Below are positions 31,999-32,000 of a stretch of 32,000 bases of DNA, piece after piece. The first letter of the stretch is position 1. Each line of letters starts with the position of its first letter. The notes under the pieces are model-generated. The model had not been told where the DNA came from. It saw nothing but the letters and a program-made list of their open reading frames with translations, and did not search any database. Source of the stretch: Nonlabens ponticola. Its GTDB lineage: Bacteria; Bacteroidota; Bacteroidia; Flavobacteriales; Flavobacteriaceae. The position numbers and the translations under genes are program-made. The stretch is from positions 1,620,001 to 1,652,000 of the forward strand of contig NZ_CP034549.1 in assembly GCF_003966335.1 (NCBI RefSeq), read 5' to 3'.

Positions 31999-32000
31999 GA

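Overview
This window is a chromosomal segment that looks like Bacteroidota, class Flavobacteriia. The basis is roughly 40% GC by eye, many lipoprotein-type signal peptides, no obvious Shine-Dalgarno sequences, and tight gene packing. I saw no rRNA, tRNA, CRISPR array, transposase or integrase.

Positions 1-20.9 kb hold ordinary housekeeping genes: pheT, a PlsC-like acyltransferase, a Nudix CoA pyrophosphatase, a cyclophilin lipoprotein, a YkuE-like metallophosphoesterase, a FabH-like KAS III, gcvP, an ECF sigma factor with a small soluble zinc anti-sigma factor, an M3 dipeptidase (Dcp-like), purE, two tandem msrB genes, a DEAD-box helicase, an AAG-type 3-methyladenine glycosylase and htpG.

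Positions 20.9-30.1 kb are the interesting part. A 460-bp AT-rich non-coding leader is followed by a single co-directional locus that resembles a curli (functional amyloid) system but has unusual architecture:
- three diverged paralogs (422-437 aa) of giant Q/N/G-rich curlin-repeat proteins, each followed by a strong stem-loop;
- a small five-repeat CsgA/CsgB-sized curlin;
- an apparent CsgC-like plus CsgE fusion protein;
- CsgF;
- a 503-aa CsgG lipoprotein carrying an extra C-terminal eight-strand OMP-type beta-barrel and a highly basic tail;
- a tightly abutting lipoprotein with a CarboxypepD_reg domain, an Ig-like domain and a TolB-like beta-propeller.

No csgD-like regulator is present. 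A convergent beta-helix lipoprotein closes the window.

A second window-wide signal is a perfect 14-18 bp palindrome, (AC)GCTTTCGCGAAAGC(GT). It occurs 7 times plus one variant, both in intergenic DNA and in frame inside gcvP, dcp and csgG.

All family calls rest on motifs I recognise by eye. No searches were run.
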